Positions 35,321-44,172 of a DNA stretch of 64,000 bases are shown one piece after another; the stretch's first letter is position 1, and each line of letters opens with the position of its first letter. Source of the stretch: Elusimicrobiales bacterium (lineage in GTDB: Bacteria > Elusimicrobiota > Elusimicrobia > Elusimicrobiales > UBA9959); the NCBI GenBank assembly GCA_041665305.1, contig JBAYJD010000004.1, positions 27,383 to 91,382 of the forward strand. Reading direction: 5' to 3'. A program made the position numbers and the translations under genes. The notes below the pieces were generated by a model. That model saw only the letters and a list, made by a program, of their open reading frames with translations. It made no database searches and had not been told where the DNA came from.

Positions 35321-35326
35321 AAAGAT

Positions 35327-35355
35327 ATTATATCACAAAATTTCTTTATATTCAA
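35327..35355 (-). promoter_or_regulatory. Near-consensus promoter of the ATPase/MBL pair (leaderless start predicted)
   Basis: The minus strand reads TTGAAT, 17 nt, TATAAT with an extended TGA. Only 6 nt (ATCTTT) separate the -10 from the ATPase ATG, and there is no SD. Confidence 0.55.
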
Positions 35356-35388
35356 GAAATTTAACGCAATAGGAGAGGCATTGTACAG

Positions 35389-36537
35389 TCAACTTAATAT
35401 ATGACAATATTCTTCGATTTGCTTAATACACACTTCCCGCATGTCTTGACGGCGCTCGCAGGCTATCGTCCATTCTATGATCTTATCGATAGCCCGGCCT
35501 ATATGCCACCGTGGGGCCCAATGGAGTTCTTTTCTGGCCTTGGAAGAATCCAGTTTTAAGTAATGAGCTTCGTGGGGATGGGGACCTTTGTCTATGGCGT
35601 AGCCTGGGGCTTCGGGCCATTTGCGGAACATCCGCCTGACTATCCATTCCACATTTTTAGCGTCTCCGGCGTCGGGTCCGAAATTCCAGGCCTGGGCGTA
35701 GCGGGGGCCGTGCTTATATAGTTTTTCGGCCAGCATAAGATAGCCGTTCAACGGTTCAAGGACATGCTGCCAGGGACGGATGGCGCGCGGATTGCGGATA
35801 TGAACTTTCTCTCCCTTTAAAGCCGCCCGGATAATGTCCGGGATAAGCCGGTCCGCCGCCCAGTCCCCGCCTCCGATAACATTGCCGGCGCGGGCGGAGG
35901 CGAGCGCTATATGGTGGAGCGAAGGTTGGAGGGTTGGAGGGTTGGAGGGTTGGAGGGAGGCGGAGTAATTTTTGGGATTAAAGAAGGAACTGCGGTAGGC
36001 GGAGGTGACAAGCTCGGAACAGGCTTTGCTGGACGAATAAGGGTCGTAACCGCCCAAGGGTTCGTCTTCTTTATAGCCGCGCAGGTGTTCTTTATTCTCG
36101 TAGCATTTGTCGGTGGTGACATTGACTATGGCACGGACGGAACTGCATTTGCGGGCGGCCTCAAGCAGGTTTATAGTGCCCATGACATTGGTTTCGTAAG
36201 TTTCGCGCGGATCTTTATAAGACAGTCTCACAAGGGGCTGGGCGGCCATGTGAATGATTATGTCCGGCTTTGCCGCTAATACGGCTTTTTGCAGGCGGAC
36301 TGCGTCGCGCACATCGCCTATGGTCGTTTTTGTGATCTTTTTAAGCGCGCACAATTCATAAAGACTGGGGTTCGTATTGGGCTTTAAAGCGTAGCCGTAA
36401 ACCTTCGCACCGAGCGCGTGCAGCCAGATGGAAAGCCACGAGCCTTTAAAGCCGGTGTTGCCTGTTAAGAATACTTTTTGGCCATGCCAAAAAGTATGAG
36501 GGTTGGAGGGTTGGAGGGCTGGAGGGTTGGAGGACAT
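35389..36537 (-). CDS. rfbG: CDP-glucose 4,6-dehydratase, with two in-frame repeat insertions
   Basis: FWHGQKVFLTGNTGFKGSWLSIWL, YSSSKACSE, ARAGNVIGGGDW, RPWQHVLEPL. AGGAGA RBS inside the manC 3' end. Confidence 0.85.
   Translation of the reverse strand: MSSNPPALQPSNPHTFWHGQKVFLTGNTGFKGSWLSIWLHALGAKVYGYALKPNTNPSLYELCALKKITKTTIGDVRDAVRLQKAVLAAKPDIIIHMAAQPLVRLSYKDPRETYETNVMGTINLLEAARKCSSVRAIVNVTTDKCYENKEHLRGYKEDEPLGGYDPYSSSKACSELVTSAYRSSFFNPKNYSASLQPSNPPTLQPSLHHIALASARAGNVIGGGDWAADRLIPDIIRAALKGEKVHIRNPRAIRPWQHVLEPLNGYLMLAEKLYKHGPRYAQAWNFGPDAGDAKNVEWIVRRMFRKWPEAPGYAIDKGPHPHEAHYLKLDSSKARKELHWAPRWHIGRAIDKIIEWTIACERRQDMREVCIKQIEEYCHILS
35924..35955. repeat. Four perfect 8-nt units (ggttggag) inside rfbG
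   Basis: ggttggag x4 on the plus strand. Translated on the minus strand as ...SLQPSNPPTLQPSL... between the conserved FFNPKNY and ARAGNVIGGGDW blocks. Confidence 0.95.
36501..36532. repeat. Four 8-nt units (one variant) occupying the first codons of rfbG after the start
   Basis: ggttggag ggttggag ggctggag ggttggag on the plus strand. The minus strand reads ATG TCC TCC AAC CCT CCA GCC CTC CAA CCC TCC AAC CCT. Confidence 0.95.
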
Positions 36538-36543
36538 TTTTAT

Positions 36544-37974
36544 TTATCTCCTGTTGTAAATGTCGTTAAAGCGGAGAATGTCGTCTTCTCCGACATATTC
36601 CCCGTTCTGGACTTCTATCAGTTCCAGCGGGACTTTGCCGGGATTTTCCAGACGGTGGCCCATGGATTTGGGGACATAGGTGCTCTCATTCTCGTGCACA
36701 ATAGAGGTTTTTTCGCCGATGGTGACTTTTGCCGCGCCTTTGACCACTATCCAATGCTCGCTGCGGTGGTAATGCAGCTGATGGCTGAGTTTCTGGCCGG
36801 GCTTCACGACTATGCGTTTTATCTTGTAGCGGGAGCCCTCTTCCAGTACGGTGTAGGCGCCCCACGGGCGGTAGGTGGTGGTGTGCTCCACGACCTCTTT
36901 TCGCTTGCGCTCTTTAAGCAGCTCCACGACTTCTTTAACCCGCTGCGCCTGGCCGCGATGCGCCACCAGCAGGGCGTCGGCGGTGTCTATTATGATCAGG
37001 TCCTTTACGCCTATTGTCGAAATAAGGCGGTTTTCCCCCAGCACTATGGTCTTTGCCGTATCCAGCGCTATCACATCGCCCACTTTTACATTGCCGTCCG
37101 CATCCGGTTTTATAACTTCCGGCAGGGAATCCCAGGACCCGACATCCGACCAGAGCAGATCTATGGGCAGGACGGCGGCTTTTTTGGATTTTTCCATGAC
37201 CGCGTAGTCTATGGAGATGGCCGGCATATTTTTAAAATCCGCGGTCATGCGGGCCAGGGTCAGCCCCATTCTGCGGCTTATCGCCGGGGAATGGGCTTTA
37301 AACTGCGACAGCATCGTCCCGATAGTAAAAGCGAACATCCCCGAATTCCAGTAATAATTACCGTCCTTGACATATTTTTCCGCCGTCTCCTGATCGGGCT
37401 TTTCGGCGAACCTGGCGACATGGTAAAGTTCTCCGTATGCGGAGCTCTTCAGCACACCGGCCCTATCCGTTCTCCCCCCCGCCGCGGCCCCCGTTTTTAT
37501 ATACCCGTAGCCGGTCTCAGGACGGACCGGTTTTATGCCGAAGGTGACAATGCTCCCGGCTTTGGCGGCGGTTTCGGCCTGCCTTGCGTAACGGGCGAAT
37601 TTTTCGACCGGCTGGATTATGTGGTCGGAGGGACAGATGAAGATCACTTCGTCCTTTGCGCATTTAAGCTTTTCAGCGCAATATTTCATCACCAGCGCGA
37701 TGGCTGGGGCGGTATTGCGGCCCACCGGCTCAAGGATAATATTATGTTCGATGTCCGGGGACACGGCCTTCAGGTCTTCCTGCACATGAAAGCGGTAATC
37801 CTCGTTGGTGATCACAAAAATATCTTTCAGCGGCAGCACGGCCGCCAGCCTCTCCACCGTGCTGCAAAGCAGAGATTTACCGCCGTTCAATTTTATGAAC
37901 TGCTTGGGCAGGCCGTAACGGGAAACCGGCCACAGGCGCGTACCGGAACCACCGGCAAGGATTATCGCTTTCAT
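36544..37974 (-). CDS. manC: Mannose-1-phosphate guanylyltransferase / mannose-6-phosphate isomerase (bifunctional)
   Basis: [18 protein letters not shown]-terminal NTP-transferase domain and a C-terminal cupin (HRSEHWIVVKGAAKVTIGE). Confidence 0.9.
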   Translation of the reverse strand: MKAIILAGGSGTRLWPVSRYGLPKQFIKLNGGKSLLCSTVERLAAVLPLKDIFVITNEDYRFHVQEDLKAVSPDIEHNIILEPVGRNTAPAIALVMKYCAEKLKCAKDEVIFICPSDHIIQPVEKFARYARQAETAAKAGSIVTFGIKPVRPETGYGYIKTGAAAGGRTDRAGVLKSSAYGELYHVARFAEKPDQETAEKYVKDGNYYWNSGMFAFTIGTMLSQFKAHSPAISRRMGLTLARMTADFKNMPAISIDYAVMEKSKKAAVLPIDLLWSDVGSWDSLPEVIKPDADGNVKVGDVIALDTAKTIVLGENRLISTIGVKDLIIIDTADALLVAHRGQAQRVKEVVELLKERKRKEVVEHTTTYRPWGAYTVLEEGSRYKIKRIVVKPGQKLSHQLHYHRSEHWIVVKGAAKVTIGEKTSIVHENESTYVPKSMGHRLENPGKVPLELIEVQNGEYVGEDDILRFNDIYNRR

Positions 37975-37983
37975 AGATCGCCT

Positions 37984-39096
37984 CTAACAATTCTTCAGGC
38001 CGGCGTAACCGGCTTTTTTAAGGCACAGTTCGCTTAAGGCCAGCTTAAGGTCGGCTGCGGCCATTTCGGAAACAAGCTGTCCGAAAGAGATCTCCGGCTT
38101 CCAGCCCAGCAATTTTTTCGACTTTGCGGGATCGCCCAGCAATGTATCGACCTCCGCAGGACGGTAGAACCCGGGATCCACGCGCACTATCACATCGCCT
38201 TTTTTGATCCTTATTTCTCCCGCAAGGCCGGGCAGCGGCTTGACCGAGCTTACTATTCCCAGCTCTTTTACGCCTTTGCCCTGCCAAGCCAGCGTTATGC
38301 CCAGCTCTTTGGCGGCGAACTCGATAAATTTGCGCACGGAATATTGCCTGCCGGTCGCGATAACGAAATCCTCGGCTTTTTTTTGCTGGAGGATCAGCCA
38401 CATGGCGCGCACATAATCCGCGGCATGGCCCCAGTCGCGCAAAGAATTCAGGTTGCCCATGTAAAGGCAGGGCTGGGCGCCGAGCAAAATGCGGGCCAGA
38501 GCGCGAGTGATCTTGCGGGTGACGAACTCTTCGCCGCGCAGCGGGCTTTCATGGTTAAAAAGGATGCCGTTGCTGGCGAAAAGGCCGTAAGCCTCGCGGT
38601 AATTCACGGTTATCCAGTAAGCGTACATCTTGGCCACGCCGTACGGGCTGCGCGGGTAGAACGGGGTCTTTTCGCTCTGGGGTATTTCCTGGACCTTGCC
38701 GAACAGTTCCGACGTGGATGCCTGATAAATGCGGGTCCGCTTCTGAAAACCCAGCAGGCGGACGGCCTCAAGCAGACGCATGGTGCCCAGGCCGTCGCAA
38801 TCGGCGGTATATTCCGGCTCTTCAAAACTTACGGCCACATGGCTCTGCGCTCCGAGGTTGTAAATTTCCACGGGCTTCACCTGCGCCACAAGGCGGATCA
38901 GGTTGGTGGAATCCGTCATATCGCCGTAATGCAGCTTCAGACGCGGATGTTTTAACATGTGGTCTATGCGCACGGTGTTTACGGAAGCGGAACGGCGGCG
39001 GATGCCGTGCACCACATAGCCTTTCCCTAGCAAAAGTTCCGCAAGATACGAGCCGTCCTGTCCGGTGATCCCTGTAATTAACGCTGTTTTAGACAT
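37984..39096 (-). CDS. gmd: GDP-mannose 4,6-dehydratase (canonical long form)
   Basis: [46 protein letters not shown]. Confidence 0.9.
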   Translation of the reverse strand: MSKTALITGITGQDGSYLAELLLGKGYVVHGIRRRSASVNTVRIDHMLKHPRLKLHYGDMTDSTNLIRLVAQVKPVEIYNLGAQSHVAVSFEEPEYTADCDGLGTMRLLEAVRLLGFQKRTRIYQASTSELFGKVQEIPQSEKTPFYPRSPYGVAKMYAYWITVNYREAYGLFASNGILFNHESPLRGEEFVTRKITRALARILLGAQPCLYMGNLNSLRDWGHAADYVRAMWLILQQKKAEDFVIATGRQYSVRKFIEFAAKELGITLAWQGKGVKELGIVSSVKPLPGLAGEIRIKKGDVIVRVDPGFYRPAEVDTLLGDPAKSKKLLGWKPEISFGQLVSEMAAADLKLALSELCLKKAGYAGLKNC

Positions 39097-39135
39097 TACA
39101 TCTCCTCGGAAGTATTACTCTGCCGCCGGCCGTTA

Positions 39136-39906
39136 TTATCTTTTCCACGGGGCCGTATTATCCCGCCAAAGTTTTTCAAACTCGACTTTATCCCTTAAAG
39201 TGTCCATGCATTTCCAGAACCCGGAATGTTTGTAAGCGCCCAGCTTGTTCTCCCTGGCCAGGCGTTCAAGCGGCTCGCGCTCCCAGACGGTGGAATCTCC
39301 GCCGGTTATATAATCCAGGGCTTCGGGTTCAAGCACAAAAAAACCGCCGTTGATCCAGGCGCCGTCGCCTATGGGTTTTTCCCGGAAGGCATTGACGCCT
39401 CCCCTGGCGCCTATTTCAAGCGCGCCGAAGCGCCCCAGGGTCTGTACGGCCGTAAGCGTGGCGTAGTTTCCGCTTTTTTTATGGAATTCAACTAGAGCTT
39501 TTATGTTCACATCGGAAAGTCCGTCGCCGTAGGTAAGAAAAAAAGGCTTGTTGCCGGTGTACTTAGCCACTTTTTTTATCCTGCCGCCGGTCATGGTGTT
39601 CAAGCCGGTGTCCACCAGGGTAACTTTCCAGGGTTCAGCTTTCTGGTGGTGGATCTCCATTTTGTTGGTCTTCATGTCTATGGTGACATCGGCCTGATGC
39701 AGAAAATAATTCGCGAAGTATTCCTTTATCATGTACCCTTTGTAACCCAGGCAGATGATAAAGTCGTTAAATCCGTAATGGGAATAAAGCTTCATGATGT
39801 GCCAGAGCATGGGCTTTTCGCCTATTTCCACCATGGGTTTGGGCTTCAGATCGGTCTCTTCGCTTAAACGGGTGCCCATTCCGCCGGCTAAAATGACTAC
39901 CTTCAT
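39136..39906 (-). CDS. rfbF: Glucose-1-phosphate cytidylyltransferase
   Basis: VVILAGGMGTRLSEET, LTYGDGLSDV, WINGGFFVLEP. AAGGAGAG RBS. Confidence 0.9.
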   Translation of the reverse strand: MKVVILAGGMGTRLSEETDLKPKPMVEIGEKPMLWHIMKLYSHYGFNDFIICLGYKGYMIKEYFANYFLHQADVTIDMKTNKMEIHHQKAEPWKVTLVDTGLNTMTGGRIKKVAKYTGNKPFFLTYGDGLSDVNIKALVEFHKKSGNYATLTAVQTLGRFGALEIGARGGVNAFREKPIGDGAWINGGFFVLEPEALDYITGGDSTVWEREPLERLARENKLGAYKHSGFWKCMDTLRDKVEFEKLWRDNTAPWKR

Positions 39907-39978
39907 AGGTCTCTCCTTGATCCCGGAAATCTTAATCTCCCAAATGAAGACTATATTGAATCATGCACTCAGACTAAT

Positions 39979-39987
39979 ATTGTATCA
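39979..39987 (-). promoter_or_regulatory. Candidate extended -10 promoter (TGATACAAT) upstream of rfbF
   Basis: Lies in the 137-nt AT-rich spacer between rfbB and rfbF. No convincing -35. Confidence 0.3.
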
Positions 39988-40043
39988 AAAAAATATTTGC
40001 GGAGTTCCCTACGGAAACAAGAACGGATATTTCCCCGCATGAA

Positions 40044-41138
40044 CTATCTCGTATAGTTTTTATTAAGCCAGTTGCGATAAGCTCCCGTTTTTACATTCCT
40101 AGTCCATTCCGGGTTGGCCAGATACCAGGCCACGGTACGCGCCAGTCCCTCTTTAAAGGTTACGGAAGGGCGCCAGCCCAGTTCTTTTTTTATTTTGCCG
40201 AAGTCTATGGCGTAACGGCGGTCGTGGCCGGGCCGGTCTTTGACATAGGTGATAAGGTCGGCATAGTTTTTGCCGCCGAGGGCCTTGTTGCGGACTGCCG
40301 GAACGGCGCATTCCAGGGCGCGGCAGATGCCGCGCACCACTTCTATATTTTTCATTTCGCAATTGCCGCCCACATTGTAGGTTTCCCCGGTCCGGCCTTT
40401 GTTAAGAATGCGCCAGACGGCCGCGCAGTGGTCCTCTACAAAAAGCCAGTCGCGCACCTGCAGCCCGTCGCCGTAGACTGGCAGGGGTTTGCCCTCCAGC
40501 GCGTTAAGGATGGCCAGCGGAATAAGCTTTTCGGGGAAATGATACGGTCCGTAATTGTTGGAACAGTTTGAAATAGTGACCGGCAGGCCGTAAGTGTGAT
40601 GATAGGCCATGACAAGATGGTCGGAGGACGCTTTTGAAGCCGAGTACGGGCTGCGCGGGTCGTAGGGTGTGGTCTCCTTGAATTTCCCGGTCCTGCCCAG
40701 CGAACCGTACACTTCGTCGGTACTGATATGATGGAAACGGGCGCCGGGTCGCGAGCTGCCGGCTGCGGATCGCCAGCTCTGCCGGGCGGTTTCAAGCAGG
40801 GCAAAGGTTCCATTTATATTGGTCTCTATAAAATCTTTGGGTCCGAAAATGGAGCGGTCCACATGGGACTCGGCGGCAAAATGCACTACCGTATCCGGCT
40901 TGTGTTTTTTAAACAGCTTGTCGAGAAGTTTAAAGTCGCGGATATCGCCTTTTTCAAAGGAATACCGGCTTTTATATTTGCGCGCGATATCGGACAGATT
41001 CTCAGGATTGCCGGCATAGGTCAGCCTGTCCAGATTGACTATTTTTCCCCTAAAGCCGGTTTTTTCGAAAACAAAACGGATAAAGTTGGAACCGATAAAT
41101 CCCGCTCCGCCGGTGACAAGCATAACGGTGTTGTTCAT
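40044..41138 (-). CDS. rfbB: dTDP-glucose 4,6-dehydratase
   Basis: [32 protein letters not shown]. Confidence 0.9.
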   Translation of the reverse strand: MNNTVMLVTGGAGFIGSNFIRFVFEKTGFRGKIVNLDRLTYAGNPENLSDIARKYKSRYSFEKGDIRDFKLLDKLFKKHKPDTVVHFAAESHVDRSIFGPKDFIETNINGTFALLETARQSWRSAAGSSRPGARFHHISTDEVYGSLGRTGKFKETTPYDPRSPYSASKASSDHLVMAYHHTYGLPVTISNCSNNYGPYHFPEKLIPLAILNALEGKPLPVYGDGLQVRDWLFVEDHCAAVWRILNKGRTGETYNVGGNCEMKNIEVVRGICRALECAVPAVRNKALGGKNYADLITYVKDRPGHDRRYAIDFGKIKKELGWRPSVTFKEGLARTVAWYLANPEWTRNVKTGAYRNWLNKNYTR

Positions 41139-41974
41139 TTACTCTCCTTTATAAATTTCCGCACGGAATCCTGCCATGCAGGTATTTCTATACCGAACTC
41201 TTTTGAAATGGCGGCATTGGACATGGCGGAAAAGGCGGGACGGCGGGCCGGAAGCTTGAACTCCGCCAGGCTCGCCTGTTCGATCTTTTTATCTATGCCT
41301 AATTCCTTCAAAGCCAGTTTTGCCCAGTCATACCGCGAACAATACCCGCTGTTCGTCAAATGCCTGACGCCGGTAAGTCCGCGCTTTAAAGCCGCCGCGA
41401 CGCCGCTTACCACATCTTCGGTATAAGTGGGGACCGAGATCTCGTCGAAGGAAACCCGCAGCGGCCCGGGACCGGCAGCCCAGCCTTTAAGCTTATGGAT
41501 AAAATTCTGTTCGCCGCGGCCGTAAACCCAGCTCAGGCGCAAAACAAGGCTGTTGACAGGCAGGCTCGCGTATTCTTCGCCTTTCAGTTTGGAGCGGCCG
41601 TAAACATTGAGCGGGTTCGGCTTGTCCCGCTCGGTATACGGGACCGTCTTGGCGCCGTCAAAAACATAATCAGTGCTGAAATGCACAAAAAAAGCCTCCA
41701 GCCGGCGAGCAGCCGACGCCAGGTTGCGCGGGCCGAAGGCGTTGACCGCGAAGGCTTTCTCGCCGTCGGTCTCAGCCTTGTCTACGAGGTTGTAAGCGGC
41801 GCAATTTACTATCAGGCCGGGTCGGTAGGCCGTAACGGCGTCCATTACGGCGTCCGGATCGGTTATGTCAAGGATGTCCAGGTCGGCCGCTTTGTAATCC
41901 CAGCCGTTCCTTTCGAAATATTCCGCAAATGCCAAGCCCAACTGGCCCTTTGAACCTGTAAGGAGCGCGCGCAT
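41135..41974 (-). CDS. rfbD: dTDP-4-dehydrorhamnose reductase
   Basis: Size, position between rfbC and rfbB, and the STDYVFDG and YGRSKLKGE motifs. Confidence 0.9.
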   Translation of the reverse strand: MRALLTGSKGQLGLAFAEYFERNGWDYKAADLDILDITDPDAVMDAVTAYRPGLIVNCAAYNLVDKAETDGEKAFAVNAFGPRNLASAARRLEAFFVHFSTDYVFDGAKTVPYTERDKPNPLNVYGRSKLKGEEYASLPVNSLVLRLSWVYGRGEQNFIHKLKGWAAGPGPLRVSFDEISVPTYTEDVVSGVAAALKRGLTGVRHLTNSGYCSRYDWAKLALKELGIDKKIEQASLAEFKLPARRPAFSAMSNAAISKEFGIEIPAWQDSVRKFIKESK

Positions 41975-42516
41975 CAGGATCGCATCTCCTTAAGCCGCGG
42001 CAGAAGCTTATCTTTGGCGGAAAGCGCCGGGTCTCTTATCCCCCATTCCACGCCGATATCGGGGTCGTTCCAGATGATCCCGGCATCGGCCGAGGGGTCG
42101 TACTCGGTCGTGCATTTATACATTATTTCAGCGGTTTCGCTGAGCACCAGGAAGCCGTGGGCAAAACCGGGCGGGAGGTACAGCATCCGGGCGTTGGCGG
42201 CGCTCAGTTTCACCGCGGTCCAGCGGCCGAAACCGAGCGAGTCCCGCCGGATATCCACGGCCGCATCCAGGATCTCGCCCGCCGTGCAGCGCACCAGCTT
42301 GCCCTGGGCGGCCGTTCCGCGTTGGTAATGCAGGCCGCGCAGTACGCCTTTGGAGGAGCGGGAATGGTTGTCCTGGACAAAACTTTCTTTTATGCCGGCT
42401 TTTTCAAAATCGCTTTTTTTATAGCTCTCTACAAAAAAACCGCGCGCATCGGTAAAAACGCGGGGCTTGACCAGCACAAGACCGTCCGGGTTCAGTTTTT
42501 CAAATTCAAAAGGCAT
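41974..42516 (-). CDS. rfbC: dTDP-4-dehydrorhamnose 3,5-epimerase
   Basis: DARGFF.E, RGLHYQ and FAHGF cupin motifs. Confidence 0.9.
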   Translation of the reverse strand: MPFEFEKLNPDGLVLVKPRVFTDARGFFVESYKKSDFEKAGIKESFVQDNHSRSSKGVLRGLHYQRGTAAQGKLVRCTAGEILDAAVDIRRDSLGFGRWTAVKLSAANARMLYLPPGFAHGFLVLSETAEIMYKCTTEYDPSADAGIIWNDPDIGVEWGIRDPALSAKDKLLPRLKEMRS

Positions 42517-42522
42517 GGCTTT

Positions 42523-43401
42523 TTATTCCCCGTCCGCCACTTTCCTGAGATACCGGCCGTAGCTGTTCTTGTTAAGTCCGTCGGCCAGGCGCAGCAACTG
42601 CTCTTTTTTTATGTAGCCCATGTTGTAGGCGATCTCTTCTATGCAGGCTATCTTAAGGCCCTGACGGCGCTCGACGGTGGAGATGAACTCGCCCGCTTCA
42701 AGCAGGCTTTCAAAGGTGCCGGTATCAAGCCAGGCATAGCCGCGGCCCAGCAGCTCGACCTTAAGGGCTCCGCGGTCAAGGTACGCCCTGTTCACATCCG
42801 TAATCTCAAGCTCCCCCCGGGCAGAAGGTTTTATGCGCCTGGCGGTTTCCACAACATCGGCGGGGTAAAAATACAGGCCGGTAACGGCATAGTTGGACCT
42901 GGGCGCGGCGGGTTTTTCCTCTATGGAAAGCGCGCGGCCGGAGCCGTCGAAGTCCACCACGCCGTACCTTTCCGGATCGGTCACATAATAGCCGAACACG
43001 GTAGCGGCTTTTTCTTTTGCAGCGGTTTTTACCGCCTTAAGAAAGGCTTCCGGCAGGCCGTGGCCGTAAAAAATATTATCGCCCAGCACCAGGCAGACTT
43101 CCTCGCCCGCGATAAAATCCGCGCCGATAAGCAGGGCCTGGGCTATGCCTTCTGGTTTGGGCTGTTCCTTATAGCTGAGCTTCAGGCCCCAGGGAGTTCC
43201 GTCGCCGAAGATCTCCCTGAAGCGCGGCAGGTCTTTCGGCGTGGAGATGATCAGGATTTCCCGTATCCCGGCCAGCATCAGCGCGGACAAAGGGTAATAG
43301 ATCATGGGTTTGTCGTAAACCGGGAGCAGTTGTTTGCAAACCGCGTTGGTAATAGGATAAAGCCGCGTACCGCTGCCGCCCGCCAGTATTATTCCTTTCA
43401 T
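42523..43401 (-). CDS. rfbA: Glucose-1-phosphate thymidylyltransferase
   Basis: [41 protein letters not shown]. Confidence 0.92.
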   Translation of the reverse strand: MKGIILAGGSGTRLYPITNAVCKQLLPVYDKPMIYYPLSALMLAGIREILIISTPKDLPRFREIFGDGTPWGLKLSYKEQPKPEGIAQALLIGADFIAGEEVCLVLGDNIFYGHGLPEAFLKAVKTAAKEKAATVFGYYVTDPERYGVVDFDGSGRALSIEEKPAAPRSNYAVTGLYFYPADVVETARRIKPSARGELEITDVNRAYLDRGALKVELLGRGYAWLDTGTFESLLEAGEFISTVERRQGLKIACIEEIAYNMGYIKKEQLLRLADGLNKNSYGRYLRKVADGE

Positions 43402-43423
43402 ATTTCCTCCAGAATCTCCCCTC

Positions 43424-43451
43424 AGCCTTTAGCCTTTAGCCTTCAGCCTAA
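43424..43451. repeat. 7-nt tandem array (agccttt family) across the GT2 stop codon
   Basis: agccttt agccttt agccttc agcctaa. The minus strand reads (AAGGCTR)x4 across the last codons and stop of the GT2 gene, running into the spacer upstream of rfbA. Confidence 0.9.
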
Positions 43452-44172
43452 GCACCCCATATTCCAGCAGTCCGCACCTGTGAAGGACCTGCCGGAAAAT
43501 GACATACAACGAACACAATCCGTATTTAACGCTCCTGGAAAAATTTATCGAGGAGGCATCTTTAAAGTACCTGGCGGGGACCGGAACATCGCCGATCCTG
43601 AACCCGGCTGAAACGCATTGCACCAGGAACTGCGTGTCAAAAACAAAATCGTCCGAATTGTTCTCCCAGTTTATGGTCTCAAGCACTTTCCTGGAATAGG
43701 CGCGCAGGCCGCTGTGCCACTCGCCGAGATTCTCGCCCATGACCAGGTTGCTGAACAGGGTAAGCGCCCTGTTGGCCAGGTATTTATAGACCGGCATCCC
43801 TCCGGCCAGGGCTTCCTTTCTGGTGCGGATCCTGTTGCCGAGGACCACATCGCAAATGTCGTTCTCTATCAGGCCGCGCAGATACGGCACGACCCGCGGG
43901 TCATACTGATAATCCGGATGCAGCATGACCACGATCCCGGCGCCCGCCTCCAGCGCCAGGCGATAACAGGTCTTCTGATTGCCGCCGTAACCCGTGTTCT
44001 TTTCATGCCTGACGGCCGGGAGTCCGAGCCGGACGGCCAGTTCATAAGTGCCGTCCGAAGAACGGTCGTCCACCAGCAGGAAACTCTGGTCCGGACTTTT
44101 CGGGATGCCCGCGAAAGTTTTTTCAAGCGTTTCGGCGGCGTTATAGGCCGGGAACACTATGACTGTCTTCAT
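43429..44172 (-). CDS. Glycosyltransferase family 2 (DPM1-like, soluble)
   Basis: [18 protein letters not shown]...[10 protein letters not shown]. Start taken at the second ATG (44172), which has the better spacing to GGCGGG. The alternative start is 44178. Confidence 0.7.
   Translation of the reverse strand: MKTVIVFPAYNAAETLEKTFAGIPKSPDQSFLLVDDRSSDGTYELAVRLGLPAVRHEKNTGYGGNQKTCYRLALEAGAGIVVMLHPDYQYDPRVVPYLRGLIENDICDVVLGNRIRTRKEALAGGMPVYKYLANRALTLFSNLVMGENLGEWHSGLRAYSRKVLETINWENNSDDFVFDTQFLVQCVSAGFRIGDVPVPARYFKDASSINFSRSVKYGLCSLYVIFRQVLHRCGLLEYGVLRLKAKG

Noticed and set aside
36478-38037. Long plus-strand ORFs (519 aa here; also 48732-51119 at 795 aa, 51578-53089 at 503 aa, 42157-43611 at 484 aa, 16261-17526 at 421 aa, 13408-14397, 57170-58042, 58142-58810, 62323-63207).
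   Set aside because: Each lies antisense to a minus-strand gene with clear family motifs. Their translations are low-complexity (Arg/Gly/Pro/Ala-rich) with no recognisable domains, which is typical of shadow ORFs in GC-rich DNA.
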